32,000 bases of DNA from Nostoc punctiforme PCC 73102. Its GTDB lineage: Bacteria > Cyanobacteriota > Cyanobacteriia > Cyanobacteriales > Nostocaceae. The stretch lies in contig NC_010628.1 in the NCBI RefSeq assembly GCF_000020025.1, positions 150,001-182,000 of the forward strand. Reading direction: 5' to 3'. The notes under the pieces were generated by a model. It was not told where the DNA came from, did not search any database, and was given only the letters and a program-made list of their open reading frames with translations. The translations under genes were made by a program, and so were the position numbers. Positions 8,769 to 17,728 of this stretch are shown piece after piece (the stretch's first letter is position 1; each line of letters begins with the position of its first letter).

Positions 8769-9230
8769 TTAATAACGGGATTTTTTGGTCTTTAACTTTT
8801 GCTTTTTACGCCGACGTTCGCTAGCAGCAACCGCCTGTTCTACTGGATAACCCACTACAGGAATTACCTGATATTTGCGCTCTTGTTCTAACTTTTTCAG
8901 TTCAGTGTAATCAACCCAGTGAATACAATCAACCGGGCAAGTATCAATTGCTTCTTGGATAATTTCTTCAGCGTCTCCATCTTGGCGAACCACGCGCGAT
9001 CGCCCGTAATCTGGTTCAATATAAAAGGTATTACGTGCAACATGAGCACAATGCTTGCAACCAATACAGGTAATTTCATCAACATAAACACCATTTTGGC
9101 GCAGCAAACCGCCCAATTCAGGTTCTAAACCAGAACGTTCTGGGGAATCCCGTAAAAAACCCCCTAATTCTGGTTCCAAACCGGAACGATTATCTTCTTG
9201 TTCTTCCGGCGACGGCAGAAAATCAGCCAT
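8769..9230 (-). CDS. [4Fe-4S] ferredoxin-domain protein
   Basis: 'CIGCKHCAHVARNTF...DTCPVDCIHWV' cluster motif. The N-terminus carries a tandem 17-aa repeat. The start overlaps the upstream stop (TAATG). Confidence 0.85.
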   Translation of the reverse strand: MADFLPSPEEQEDNRSGLEPELGGFLRDSPERSGLEPELGGLLRQNGVYVDEITCIGCKHCAHVARNTFYIEPDYGRSRVVRQDGDAEEIIQEAIDTCPVDCIHWVDYTELKKLEQERKYQVIPVVGYPVEQAVAASERRRKKQKLKTKKSRY

Positions 9231-9616
9231 TACGCACTCCAGCGCTGTACTACCAGGCGAATGGAACCATCTTCATTTTTTTGCTGTTCAGAGACTTGAA
9301 AACCAACACGAGCGGTTTCTTTCACAACTGTTTGATAAGCATAGCGCTGTGTTACCTGGCGTAAAAATCCGTCCACAGACAGGTCTTGTTGCCAATATTG
9401 CAAATCAGCCACTAATTCATATTCCTTGCCATTCCATCTAAAGCCGATGTCATAGCCATTTTCCTGCTCAATACTAACTTCCGCAGGATGGGTTTGACCG
9501 CGATAGCCACGGACTTCGCGTGGGCCGGGTTTCCAGTCTACGCCCAATTCAGTCAAAGCATCTTTCAAAGAATCAAGGTTACGGATTTGAGTCTTAATTT
9601 GGCTAAAGTGTGACAT
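9230..9616 (-). CDS. ycf35: Ycf35 / DUF1257 family protein
   Basis: 'MSHFSQIKTQIRNLDSLKDALTELG...' matches the characteristic DUF1257 N-terminus as I recall it. Cyanobacterial/plastid conserved ORF. Confidence 0.75.
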   Translation of the reverse strand: MSHFSQIKTQIRNLDSLKDALTELGVDWKPGPREVRGYRGQTHPAEVSIEQENGYDIGFRWNGKEYELVADLQYWQQDLSVDGFLRQVTQRYAYQTVVKETARVGFQVSEQQKNEDGSIRLVVQRWSA

Positions 9617-9655
9617 GGTGGTTGTGAATTAATAACACTAAACTACTGTGAAAAC

Positions 9656-9877
9656 TTACCAATCGCTGTAAGTGGTGTGCGTATTCGCCACATTAGATTG
9701 CTGCACCTTCGCGGCGAAATATTCTGAGGTTGGCTCATGATTAAGTACTTGCCCCAATTGTGCCTCTATTGCTGCTGTAACCTCAGCACAAGAAGCCCCC
9801 ACAATACCAGTGACTTTCTCTTGTACCCGACCGTCTGGATAGATTATGAACTCTAATGTCTCCATGCTCTTGGCCAA
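9656..9877 (-). CDS. DUF2997-like small protein
   Basis: 'IEFIIYPDGRVQEKVTGIVGASCAEVTAAIE' pattern. It is the usual upstream partner of DUF1257 genes (recalled). An alternative start is ATG 9865. Confidence 0.65.
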   Translation of the reverse strand: MAKSMETLEFIIYPDGRVQEKVTGIVGASCAEVTAAIEAQLGQVLNHEPTSEYFAAKVQQSNVANTHTTYSDW

Positions 9878-10239
9878 CCAGTATAAGTACGCTTAAATTG
9901 TACTGCCTTAGCAGAAGGCTATAAATATAGCCGTAGGAACATTTTTACTTAGATACAAACTTGCCATTTGTTAAACAATGTTCCATCTTTCAACATATAT
10001 ATCTCAGAATCTTTACAAAACTTATTAAATTTATAAGCAGTCACATCAGTATTTAGTTAGTTTCTCTTAACCTCATCGATTAGTCAAGGTAACAACCTGC
10101 CTGCCAATTAAGCGCCAAAAGTCCTAAAAATAAGCATTAAACGTAGTATAGCCAACTAGTTGAGTTACAAAAATATAAAAATTCTTGAAAAACTTTATCA
10201 TTACCATTAGGTTGACCTTATTTTAGCAAGGGTTCTCAC

Positions 10240-11044
10240 TTAGGTTGGATGCAGCGCAGCGTATGCTGAAAGAGCACTTGCTGCCTTATATCTCTTGAGC
10301 ACCTGGTGACAAGTAACCTCTGCATCACAACTAATCATTAAGTGAAAATACTCCTTTGGATTTATAAATTTATAGAAGGAGCTAGTTGCCAAACCCTTGA
10401 ATAATCTCTGATAACTTCCCGAGCCTGAGCATAAATAAATATTGTAGCTTTTTGGACAGCAATCTTTGCGGCATGCATCTCGGCGACGTTGAAACTCACC
10501 CTCTTCACTATGATATTCTTTGGCTAAATATGCCATTTCTCTAGTAACATAGTGCTTATTAATTAAGTGAAAATTGCAACCTAATAACATTATCAAAATT
10601 GCAAGGTTGCCTGCTATTCTCTTTCTATATCTTCAAAGTTAGTGAAAACTTGATATGAATAAATAGTTACATGGGATACGTTACACAATGCTCCCCAAAT
10701 AATTTTTAACTCTTTAAATTCTGGTGTAACAATTTTCTTCAAAATTGCATTCGAAAAATAAATTGTTTCTCCAGCTATCCACTTCGAGATAAGACTATCG
10801 CTTTTTCGTATAGAAGCGAACTTTGCAATCATTAAAGCTTCATAGACTGATCGTAATAAAGCTAAACCTGAGCCGTGTAAACCGTCTAAAGTTAGTATTA
10901 GGCTTGAGTAAAGAGCAATTTTATTTTTATTACTGCTGAAAATATGCTATTTTGCGTGAAAATTTGCTTAAGCCTAAATCACTCAGCAAGAATTTCTAGT
11001 GAAAAACTGATTTGGTTGGCGAACAAACCAGGATAATAAAGCAT
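10240..11044 (-). pseudogene. Possible frameshifted relic of one accessory gene (three collinear ORF fragments) in an AT-rich segment
   Basis: Fragments 11044-10979, 10946-10614 (open upstream of its ATG at 10832) and 10632-10240 lie head-to-tail in different frames. The last two overlap at 10614-10632, as expected for a frameshift. The fragment 'LDGLHGSGLALLRSVYEALMIAKF' looks protein-like. Confidence 0.3.
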
Positions 11045-11130
11045 AATTAACCTTTATAGCTAAAAGCTGTCAGCCATCAGCCACAAGCTGAGATGGTAAA
11101 GTTTGAAGGCTTGTGATTCAACTTCAGTAA

Positions 11131-12141
11131 TTGACTATGAGTACAGCAAATATCTTGTCAGCGATACGTATAGGAGTACTAGGTTTCGGTGGACTCGGAC
11201 AAGCCGCCGCCAAAGTACTTGCTGCTAAACAGGAAATGGTTTTAGTCGCAGCAGCAGATCAAAAAGGTTACGCTTACGCTGCTGAAGGTTTAAATACTCA
11301 AGAATGCATTGCAATCTACCAGTCCCAAGGTTCGGTAGGTTATTTAGAGCCAGTTGGTACGTTAACAAATCAAAGTGTTCACGATTTAATCGAAATAGCT
11401 CAACCTGTGGATGGGTATTTTCTGGCTTTACCTAACCTACCAAATGATTTTATACCCTCTGTAGCCAAGGAATTTATCAAATCTGGTTGGCGTGGAGTGC
11501 TAGTGGATGCAATTAAGCGCACCACTGCTGTAGAACAATTACTGGCGATGAAAGAAGAACTGCAAGCAGCCGGAATTACATACATGACAGGCTGCGGTGC
11601 TACACCTGGACTGTTAACCGCCGCTGCCGCATTAGCAGCCCAAAGCTACGCCGAAATTCATCAAGTCGAAATCACCTTTGGGGTTGGAATTGCTAACTGG
11701 GAAGCTTACCGCGCCACTGTTCGGGAAGATATTGGCCATATCCCTGGTTACACAGTGGAAACTGCTAGAGCCATGACTGACGCGGAAGTAGAAGCGTTAT
11801 TAGATAAAACTAATGGCGTGCTTACCTTGATAAATATGGAACACGCTGATGATGTGATGCTAGAGGTAGCGGGAATTTGCGATCGCGATCGCGTTACTGT
11901 TGGTGGTGTAGTCGATACTCGCAATCCTAAAAAGCCCCTCAGCACCAACGTTAAGGTAACAGGACGCACCTTTGAAGGTAAGATTTCCACCCATACCTTT
12001 ACTCTGGGAGATGAAACCAGTATGGCAGCTAATGTCTGCGGCCCTGCCTTCGGTTATCTTAAAGCTGGTAAGCAATTGCACCAACGCGGCATCTATGGAA
12101 TATTCACTGCTGCTGAAATTATGCCCCAATTTGTTAGGTAA
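11131..12141 (+). CDS. Saccharopine dehydrogenase-like NAD(P)-binding oxidoreductase
   Basis: N-terminal Rossmann motif '[18 protein letters not shown]'. Length and the '[13 protein letters not shown]' motif fit the family. ATG at 11137 is an alternative start. Confidence 0.65.
   Translation: MTMSTANILSAIRIGVLGFGGLGQAAAKVLAAKQEMVLVAAADQKGYAYAAEGLNTQECIAIYQSQGSVGYLEPVGTLTNQSVHDLIEIAQPVDGYFLALPNLPNDFIPSVAKEFIKSGWRGVLVDAIKRTTAVEQLLAMKEELQAAGITYMTGCGATPGLLTAAAALAAQSYAEIHQVEITFGVGIANWEAYRATVREDIGHIPGYTVETARAMTDAEVEALLDKTNGVLTLINMEHADDVMLEVAGICDRDRVTVGGVVDTRNPKKPLSTNVKVTGRTFEGKISTHTFTLGDETSMAANVCGPAFGYLKAGKQLHQRGIYGIFTAAEIMPQFVR
11879..11892. repeat. HIP1 (GCGATCGC), overlapping tandem pair; one example of about 25 perfect copies in the window
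   Basis: Other perfect copies start at 58, 350, 580, 1132, 1748, 5051, 5852, 6588, 7385, 8996, 12811, 15936, 16146, 19314, 20001, 24086, 24133, 24178, 24347, 24802, 26952, 30979 and 31468. This is a manual scan and may be incomplete. Confidence 0.9.
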
Positions 12142-12225
12142 TAGTTAGGAGCCATTCCATTTTGGATCTTGAATTTTGGATTGTTGATTGAAGGAGAAAC
12201 CTCAAATCTAAAATCCCAAACTGGC

Positions 12226-12309
12226 GGAGTTAGGAGTTAAAAGCCTAAACTTTAGACTTAAAAATCTCTGGCTTTGTTAAGAACTTGCAGTTTAAAACTC
12301 TTAACTCCT
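12226..12309. repeat. STRR-type inverted repeat (GGAGTTA x2 ... AACTCTT AACTCCT) between convergent genes
   Basis: 'ggagttaggagtta' (12226-12239) is complementary to 'aactcttaactcct' (12296-12309). A possible bidirectional terminator structure. Confidence 0.55.
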
Positions 12310-12317
12310 CCCTTTTT

Positions 12318-12878
12318 CTAGACTGGTGGAATTTCTGAAGAAAAAATGTCTGTGAAATTCTCTTCGAGCAGCAAATCTGGCGTTTGTATAATAAATGGTA
12401 GTTCGGCTCCTACAAGTCCTCGTTGGATGCGTTCTAAAGTATCATTAAAAACAACAAACAGAGGATATATAGTATTAGCTCCCTCACTTAAAATATGACT
12501 GTGACGGAGAGGCATCAACCACTCATAATCATTGTCTAGTAAAACTTGGGTTTGTCGCCAACGTCCTAACAGATCAGAAAAGTCTTCGTTAGCACGATGA
12601 ATAAAGACTAAAATTTCAGCTCCAGTTTTGATTTTCCACTCTGGATCGCACATCAAAATTGCCACATCACAGGGTAAGCAAATCGTTTGTGAGGTTGTTG
12701 TCACAGTATTACGAAGGCGGACAATTGGCAAGGGAATAGTAATGACGCTTTCATCTGGACGGCGCAAACTGGGAATCATCTCTAGGTATGGACGATATTG
12801 CTTTAGTAAGGCGATCGCAGCTAGATGATTGCTGTACTCCGCCAAACTCGCTTCGTAGTGAGATTTTTGCACAGTCAT
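12318..12878 (-). CDS. Hypothetical protein downstream of pilC
   Basis: 186-aa ORF with host-like composition, no transmembrane segment or signal peptide, and no motif I recognise. Same strand as pilBTC, 121 nt after the pilC stop. Confidence 0.55.
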   Translation of the reverse strand: MTVQKSHYEASLAEYSNHLAAIALLKQYRPYLEMIPSLRRPDESVITIPLPIVRLRNTVTTTSQTICLPCDVAILMCDPEWKIKTGAEILVFIHRANEDFSDLLGRWRQTQVLLDNDYEWLMPLRHSHILSEGANTIYPLFVVFNDTLERIQRGLVGAELPFIIQTPDLLLEENFTDIFSSEIPPV

Positions 12879-12958
12879 AGTTTCTTAAATAGTTAGGAAT
12901 TAGAAATAAAATTAAGTAGTTAAGAGTTAAAGCTGAGGATTCAGAAATAAAAAGTTTA

Positions 12959-12993
12959 AACTCCTAACTCCTAAATCCTAACTCTTAATTGTT
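12959..12993. repeat. STRR heptamer array (AACTCCT family, 5 units)
   Basis: Units: aactcct aactcct aaatcct aactctt aattgtt. The complementary units 'agttagg', 'agttaag' and 'agttaaa' lie at about 12891-12930. Confidence 0.7.
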
Positions 12994-12999
12994 AATCCC

Positions 13000-14235
13000 C
13001 TATCCTAGCTTTTCAAAAACCTTAAACATAGGCAAATACATTGCTAGCAAAATGGTTCCAACCATCCCCCCTAGAACTACAATCATCACCGGTTCCAAAA
13101 TACTAGTCATTGCTTTGACTGCCTGCTCGACTTCATCTTCATAGAAATCGGCAACCTTCATCAACATTGCGTCTAATTCTCCAGTTTCTTCTCCGATACT
13201 AATCATTTGAATTGCCATAGCCGGAAAAACACTATCTCTTTGTAAAGCAAGGCTAATCATACCTCCTTGTTGAATCTCCATACGAGCTGCGTCTATGGCA
13301 TTGGCAATTACCTGATTTCCTGATGTATCTCTGACAATTTCTAAGCAAGTTAAAATTGGCACACCTGAACGAGTCAAAGAACCAAAAGTCCGGCTAAAGC
13401 GGGCAACCGAAGACTTTTGAATTAAGTCACCAAACAACGGCATTTTGAGGGAAAGACGATCAATTGTTATGCGGCCAACAGGAGTTTTACCGTATTGTGT
13501 AAAGGCAATTTTTCCTCCTACAATAACAGCGAGAAGCACGAAAACCTTCGGACTTCTCAAAAATAAACTAGTATCCATCAAAAATTGCGTTAGAGGTGGT
13601 AATTCAGTTCCAATTTCTGTAAAAATCTTCGCAAAAACCGGAATCAGAAAAATGGTCATCCCGAGAAAGATAGAAACTGCTATAAAACCCACAACGGTTG
13701 GATAAGACAATGCTGATTTAATTTGGTTTTGTAGACGAGCAACATCCTCTAACAACTTAGCTAAACGATTTAATACTTCGTCTAGAACACCACCAACTTC
13801 ACCAGCTTGAATCATACTCACATATAATCCATCAAAACAGTCAGGGTGCTTTCGCATTGACTCTGAAAGATTCATTCCGCTTTGAACATCGTTGCTAATC
13901 TCAATCAGGGCTTGTTTCAGTTTAGTATTACTACACTGTTCGGAAAGTACCCCTAAACTTCTAACTATCGCAACTCCCGCATTCATCAAAACGGCAAATT
14001 GACGCGAAAAAACGGCTTTGTCTTTCACAGAAACCTTAACTAAGGAATTCTGGAATTTTTTTAAGGCAATATCTGGCTGAAATCCTTGAGATTGCTTGAG
14101 TTCTTGGATTACAAAACCTTGATCTCTCAGATTAGTACGAGCTTGTACTAAGGATTCGGCAACAATTTTTTCTGTTCGGGATTTTCCTTGAGAATCCCGA
14201 ACACGGGCAACAAAGGTTGGCATAAATAAATTCAA
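13000..14235 (-). CDS. pilC: Type IV pilus platform protein PilC (GspF family)
   Basis: Two GspF-type repeats ('MIQAGEVGG', 'MISIGEETGELD') and three hydrophobic segments. ATG 14223 is an alternative start. Confidence 0.9.
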   Translation of the reverse strand: MNLFMPTFVARVRDSQGKSRTEKIVAESLVQARTNLRDQGFVIQELKQSQGFQPDIALKKFQNSLVKVSVKDKAVFSRQFAVLMNAGVAIVRSLGVLSEQCSNTKLKQALIEISNDVQSGMNLSESMRKHPDCFDGLYVSMIQAGEVGGVLDEVLNRLAKLLEDVARLQNQIKSALSYPTVVGFIAVSIFLGMTIFLIPVFAKIFTEIGTELPPLTQFLMDTSLFLRSPKVFVLLAVIVGGKIAFTQYGKTPVGRITIDRLSLKMPLFGDLIQKSSVARFSRTFGSLTRSGVPILTCLEIVRDTSGNQVIANAIDAARMEIQQGGMISLALQRDSVFPAMAIQMISIGEETGELDAMLMKVADFYEDEVEQAVKAMTSILEPVMIVVLGGMVGTILLAMYLPMFKVFEKLG

Positions 14236-14327
14236 AATAGTTGTTATTCATTGGGCATGAGACATAAGGGAAAGACTTACTACAACTTCATTTTTAGTTC
14301 CTCATCTCCCTCATTTCCCCAGTTCCT

Positions 14328-15455
14328 TTAATGTGCTTTGGCAGCCGCACCAGGCTTCGCACCTGCGGCGGCTTGTGGTGTAGAATTACCAATCAGACGT
14401 TGGATTTCATCAGGCTTAGAAGTCTTAGACATCGCTGCTTCAAAGGAAATCGTTCCTGCTTTGTAAAAATCAGCTAAAACCTTCTCCAGAGTTTGCATCC
14501 CCAATTTGCCGCCAGTTTGAATAGCTGAGTAAATTTGAGATGTTTTGCCTTCTCGAATCAAGTTGGAAATAGCAGGAGTGACAACCAGAATTTCTTGAGC
14601 CATCACCCGACCATATTCACCAGGTTTAGGGTTTTTCTTGGACACCAAAGTTTGACTAAATACCGCTACTAACGAGTTAGATAACTGCACCCGGACTTGG
14701 GTTTGTCTTTCATGGGGGAAAACGTCGATAATCCGGTCAACTGTTTGGGCGGCGGAACTGGTGTGTAGCGTGCCAAATACTAAGTGTCCTGTTTCTGCTG
14801 CGGAAATCGCCAAAGAAATCGTTTCCAAATCGCGCATTTCTCCCACTAGAACAATATCTGGATCTTCCCGCAAAGCTGCTTTCAAAGCGTTAGCAAAGCT
14901 CTTAGTATCTTCACCCAGTTGTCGTTGGTGAACCAAGCTTTTAATGGGTTCGTAGACAAATTCAATTGGGTCTTCCACCGTTAAAATATGCTCTGCCTTA
15001 GTGCGGTTAATCAAGTCGATCATTGCCGCTAGGGTAGTTGTCTTACCGGAACCTGTAGGGCCTGTCACCAGAATTAATCCTCTGGGCTTATCTGTCATTT
15101 CCCGTACAATATCTGGCAGACCTAACTTTTCAAAGTTAGGAATCTTAGAACTTAATGCCCGTAAGCAAGCAGCATAAGAACCACGTTCTTTATAGACATT
15201 GACCCGAAAACGTGCCAAACCCTTAACACCATAAGAACAATCCAATTCCCAGTTCTGCTCTAAGGTTTTACGTTGGGTGTTGTTGAGCATACTAAAAATC
15301 AGCCTTTGACATTGATCGGCTGTCAATACATGCTCACCGATGGGAGTGAGTTTGCCACTGATACGGAAGTAGGGAGGTAAACCTGCGGATAAATGCATAT
15401 CCGAGCCACCCATTTCAATCAACTGCTCCATCAAGTCTTCAATCATCATTTCCAT
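14328..15455 (-). CDS. pilT: Type IV pilus retraction ATPase PilT
   Basis: Walker A 'GPTGSGKTTTL', 'EDPIEF', 'GHLVFGTLHTSSA' and the PilT signature 'AISNLIREGKTSQI'. Confidence 0.95.
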   Translation of the reverse strand: MEMMIEDLMEQLIEMGGSDMHLSAGLPPYFRISGKLTPIGEHVLTADQCQRLIFSMLNNTQRKTLEQNWELDCSYGVKGLARFRVNVYKERGSYAACLRALSSKIPNFEKLGLPDIVREMTDKPRGLILVTGPTGSGKTTTLAAMIDLINRTKAEHILTVEDPIEFVYEPIKSLVHQRQLGEDTKSFANALKAALREDPDIVLVGEMRDLETISLAISAAETGHLVFGTLHTSSAAQTVDRIIDVFPHERQTQVRVQLSNSLVAVFSQTLVSKKNPKPGEYGRVMAQEILVVTPAISNLIREGKTSQIYSAIQTGGKLGMQTLEKVLADFYKAGTISFEAAMSKTSKPDEIQRLIGNSTPQAAAGAKPGAAAKAH

Positions 15456-15482
15456 AGTTCTGCTTCCTTTTAATGTTTATTA

Positions 15483-15514
15483 TTTGTCCTTTGTCATTTG
15501 TCCTTTGTCATTTG
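15483..15514. repeat. STRR heptamer array (TTTGTCC/TTTGTCA, 4.5 units)
   Basis: Direct reading of the pilB-pilT spacer. Confidence 0.8.
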
Positions 15515-15536
15515 TTTAAAGTTACTAAGCATCAAC

Positions 15537-15563
15537 TAGTGACTAATGACCAATGACTATTAG
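15537..15563. repeat. STRR heptamer array (TAGTGAC TAATGAC CAATGAC)
   Basis: It is the reverse complement of the GTCATTA/GTCATTG family seen at 31082-31116. Confidence 0.8.
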
Positions 15564-15565
15564 TT

Positions 15566-17572
15566 TTAAAACCGAGATGTCATACAGTATGGACAATCCA
15601 GCCATTCTTGTTTCAATGTGGCATCGCAACTCCGGCAGGTAAGACCAGTCTTGCGTTTGGCTTTTAACTCGGCTTCCAAACCAGTATCAGTAAACGTCAC
15701 TCGTTCTACTTCTTCTAAAGTGGTAGAACCTTCACGCACTAAGTCCAAACTATAAGCCAGCAAGGTTTTCATACCCTCTTCTATTGCCACTTCCTTGATG
15801 CGTTCTGTGGGTGCATCTTCGTTGATGAGAGTTTGCAGGTTTTCGGTGACTCGCATGACTTCATAAACGCCACAACGTCCTTTGTAGCCGACACCATTAC
15901 ATTTTGAGCAAAGCTGATTTTTGCCTTTGGCTTCGGCGATCGCATCTAATGTCAAGGTGTTAGCCTTATAGAACGTGACTCCGACATCTGAGGAAGCTGA
16001 TAGACCATAACGACCTAGTTCCTCGGTTGTGGGAGTGTAAGGAACACGACATTCAGAACATACACGCCGTACCAAACGTTGAGCTAAAACGCCAATTAGG
16101 GAACTAGAAACCATGAAAGGCTCAATCCCCATTTCTCCCAAACGAGCGATCGCTCCTGGGGCATCATTGGTATGTAAGGTAGTTAATACTAAGTGGCCGG
16201 TCAAGGCAGCCTCAATCGCTGTTTTTGCCGTTTCCTTATCCCGCGTTTCACCTACCAGCAGCACATCTGGATCTTGCCTCAAGAAAGCCCGTAGAGCGGT
16301 AGCAAAATCCAGCCCTTTTTCCCGAATCACCTGTACTTGAGTAATCCCTGGAAGACTGTACTCAATTGGGTCTTCCACAGTACTGATATTAATTCCGGGA
16401 TCGTTCTTTTCTGATAGTGCAGAATACAGCGAGGTTGTTTTCCCAGAACCAGTTGGCCCAGTTACTAAAATTAGACCAAAGGGGCGGCTAACCATATCCT
16501 GGACAATATGTAAAGTATCTGGATCGGTAATTAACTTATCTAATCCCAGTTGGGTGGAGGAGTTATCCAAAATCCGCAGCACCACCTTTTCCCCGTAGCG
16601 ACTGGGTAAGGTATTCACACGGAAGTCAACTTTGCGTCCTTCAAACAGCCGACGGATGCGTCCATCTTGGGGTAAACGGCGTTCAGCAATGTCTAGATTG
16701 GAGATGATTTTAAATCGGGCTGTCACCGCTGGGATGATTTTTTTCGGTAGGGGATCAAAAGCTTCACGCAGTACCCCATCCTTCCGAAAGCGAATGCGTA
16801 AGTTTTCTTCTTGCGGTTCGATATGAATGTCAGAAACACCCTCATGCAAGGCTTTAGCCAGGATTCTGTTGACTAGGTTAATGACTGGGGCATCCTCTGC
16901 ACCCTTCATTGCTGCCCCTAGATCAGCCTCCATTTCTTCAGGAGCATCTGCAAGATCGAGATTTCCGAGGTTTTCTAAATCCTGATTAATATCTGTAAAC
17001 TTTTCTTGTTCCAGGTGTTTTTGCCGAACAGCCATTTCATCCAGATATTGGTTGATTAGCTGCTGGTAGTCTTCCTGTGTGATCACCATGCGCTGTAATG
17101 CGAGCCCTTGGGGACGCAAGATGCGGTTCAGGTCATCGGAAGCTTCTAGATTATCTGGAGCGACCATCGCCACTAAAACTGAGGGCGGGGTTTGGTCTTC
17201 GTGTTTCGATAGTGGTACTAAACGATGGCGACGGCAGATATCCACTGGGATGAGGGTTTCAATCAGGTTCCCCATCATCGTGTTGCCAATGGAGTTGACT
17301 TCCGGATCTAGAAATTCAACACCGTATAGTATTTTAAGTTCAAATAGCTGCTGTTTTTTGTATTGCCTGAGCAACTCAGGTGATAGTTGTTGCCCAGTGA
17401 TTGACTCTAGTACTTCCGTTAAGGGTCGGCCAGATTTGCGGCTTTCAATTAGTGCTTGCCTCATCTGTTCGGTATTGACATAGCCAGATTGCACTAGCTT
17501 GTTGCCAAAGGGCGAAAACTCTGTTCTGGTAGTTAGAGCGGTACTGCGCCGTTGTGGTGACGAGTAAGTCAT
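15566..17572 (-). CDS. pilB: Type IV pilus assembly ATPase PilB (GspE family)
   Basis: N-terminal T2SSE_N-type domain, Walker A 'GPTGSGKTTSL', 'GHLVLTTLHTNDA', and the tetracysteine motif 'CSEC...CSKCNGVGYKGR'. An extra C-terminal tail carries CxxC-N8-CxxC. Confidence 0.95.
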   Translation of the reverse strand: MTYSSPQRRSTALTTRTEFSPFGNKLVQSGYVNTEQMRQALIESRKSGRPLTEVLESITGQQLSPELLRQYKKQQLFELKILYGVEFLDPEVNSIGNTMMGNLIETLIPVDICRRHRLVPLSKHEDQTPPSVLVAMVAPDNLEASDDLNRILRPQGLALQRMVITQEDYQQLINQYLDEMAVRQKHLEQEKFTDINQDLENLGNLDLADAPEEMEADLGAAMKGAEDAPVINLVNRILAKALHEGVSDIHIEPQEENLRIRFRKDGVLREAFDPLPKKIIPAVTARFKIISNLDIAERRLPQDGRIRRLFEGRKVDFRVNTLPSRYGEKVVLRILDNSSTQLGLDKLITDPDTLHIVQDMVSRPFGLILVTGPTGSGKTTSLYSALSEKNDPGINISTVEDPIEYSLPGITQVQVIREKGLDFATALRAFLRQDPDVLLVGETRDKETAKTAIEAALTGHLVLTTLHTNDAPGAIARLGEMGIEPFMVSSSLIGVLAQRLVRRVCSECRVPYTPTTEELGRYGLSASSDVGVTFYKANTLTLDAIAEAKGKNQLCSKCNGVGYKGRCGVYEVMRVTENLQTLINEDAPTERIKEVAIEEGMKTLLAYSLDLVREGSTTLEEVERVTFTDTGLEAELKAKRKTGLTCRSCDATLKQEWLDCPYCMTSRF

Positions 17573-17728
17573 AAATGAGCGAATGAGTAGGGGAACCTCT
17601 GCTTAAAGTATTCCCAGCCTGTGAGATAGAATTCTCATTTCCCAAAAAAGTCCTGAGTCAAGTCGCTTGCTTCGCCAAACGAGTACGCTCCAAATTCAAA
17701 ATGACGCTCTCTACAAGACGCTAAAAGC

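Noticed and set aside
15483-15563. Possible CRISPR array, suggested by the tandem short repeats here and at 31082-31154, 12959-12993 and 21824-21937
   Set aside because: The units are contiguous 7-nt repeats with no spacers of 25-40 nt and no cas genes. They are classical STRR heptamers.
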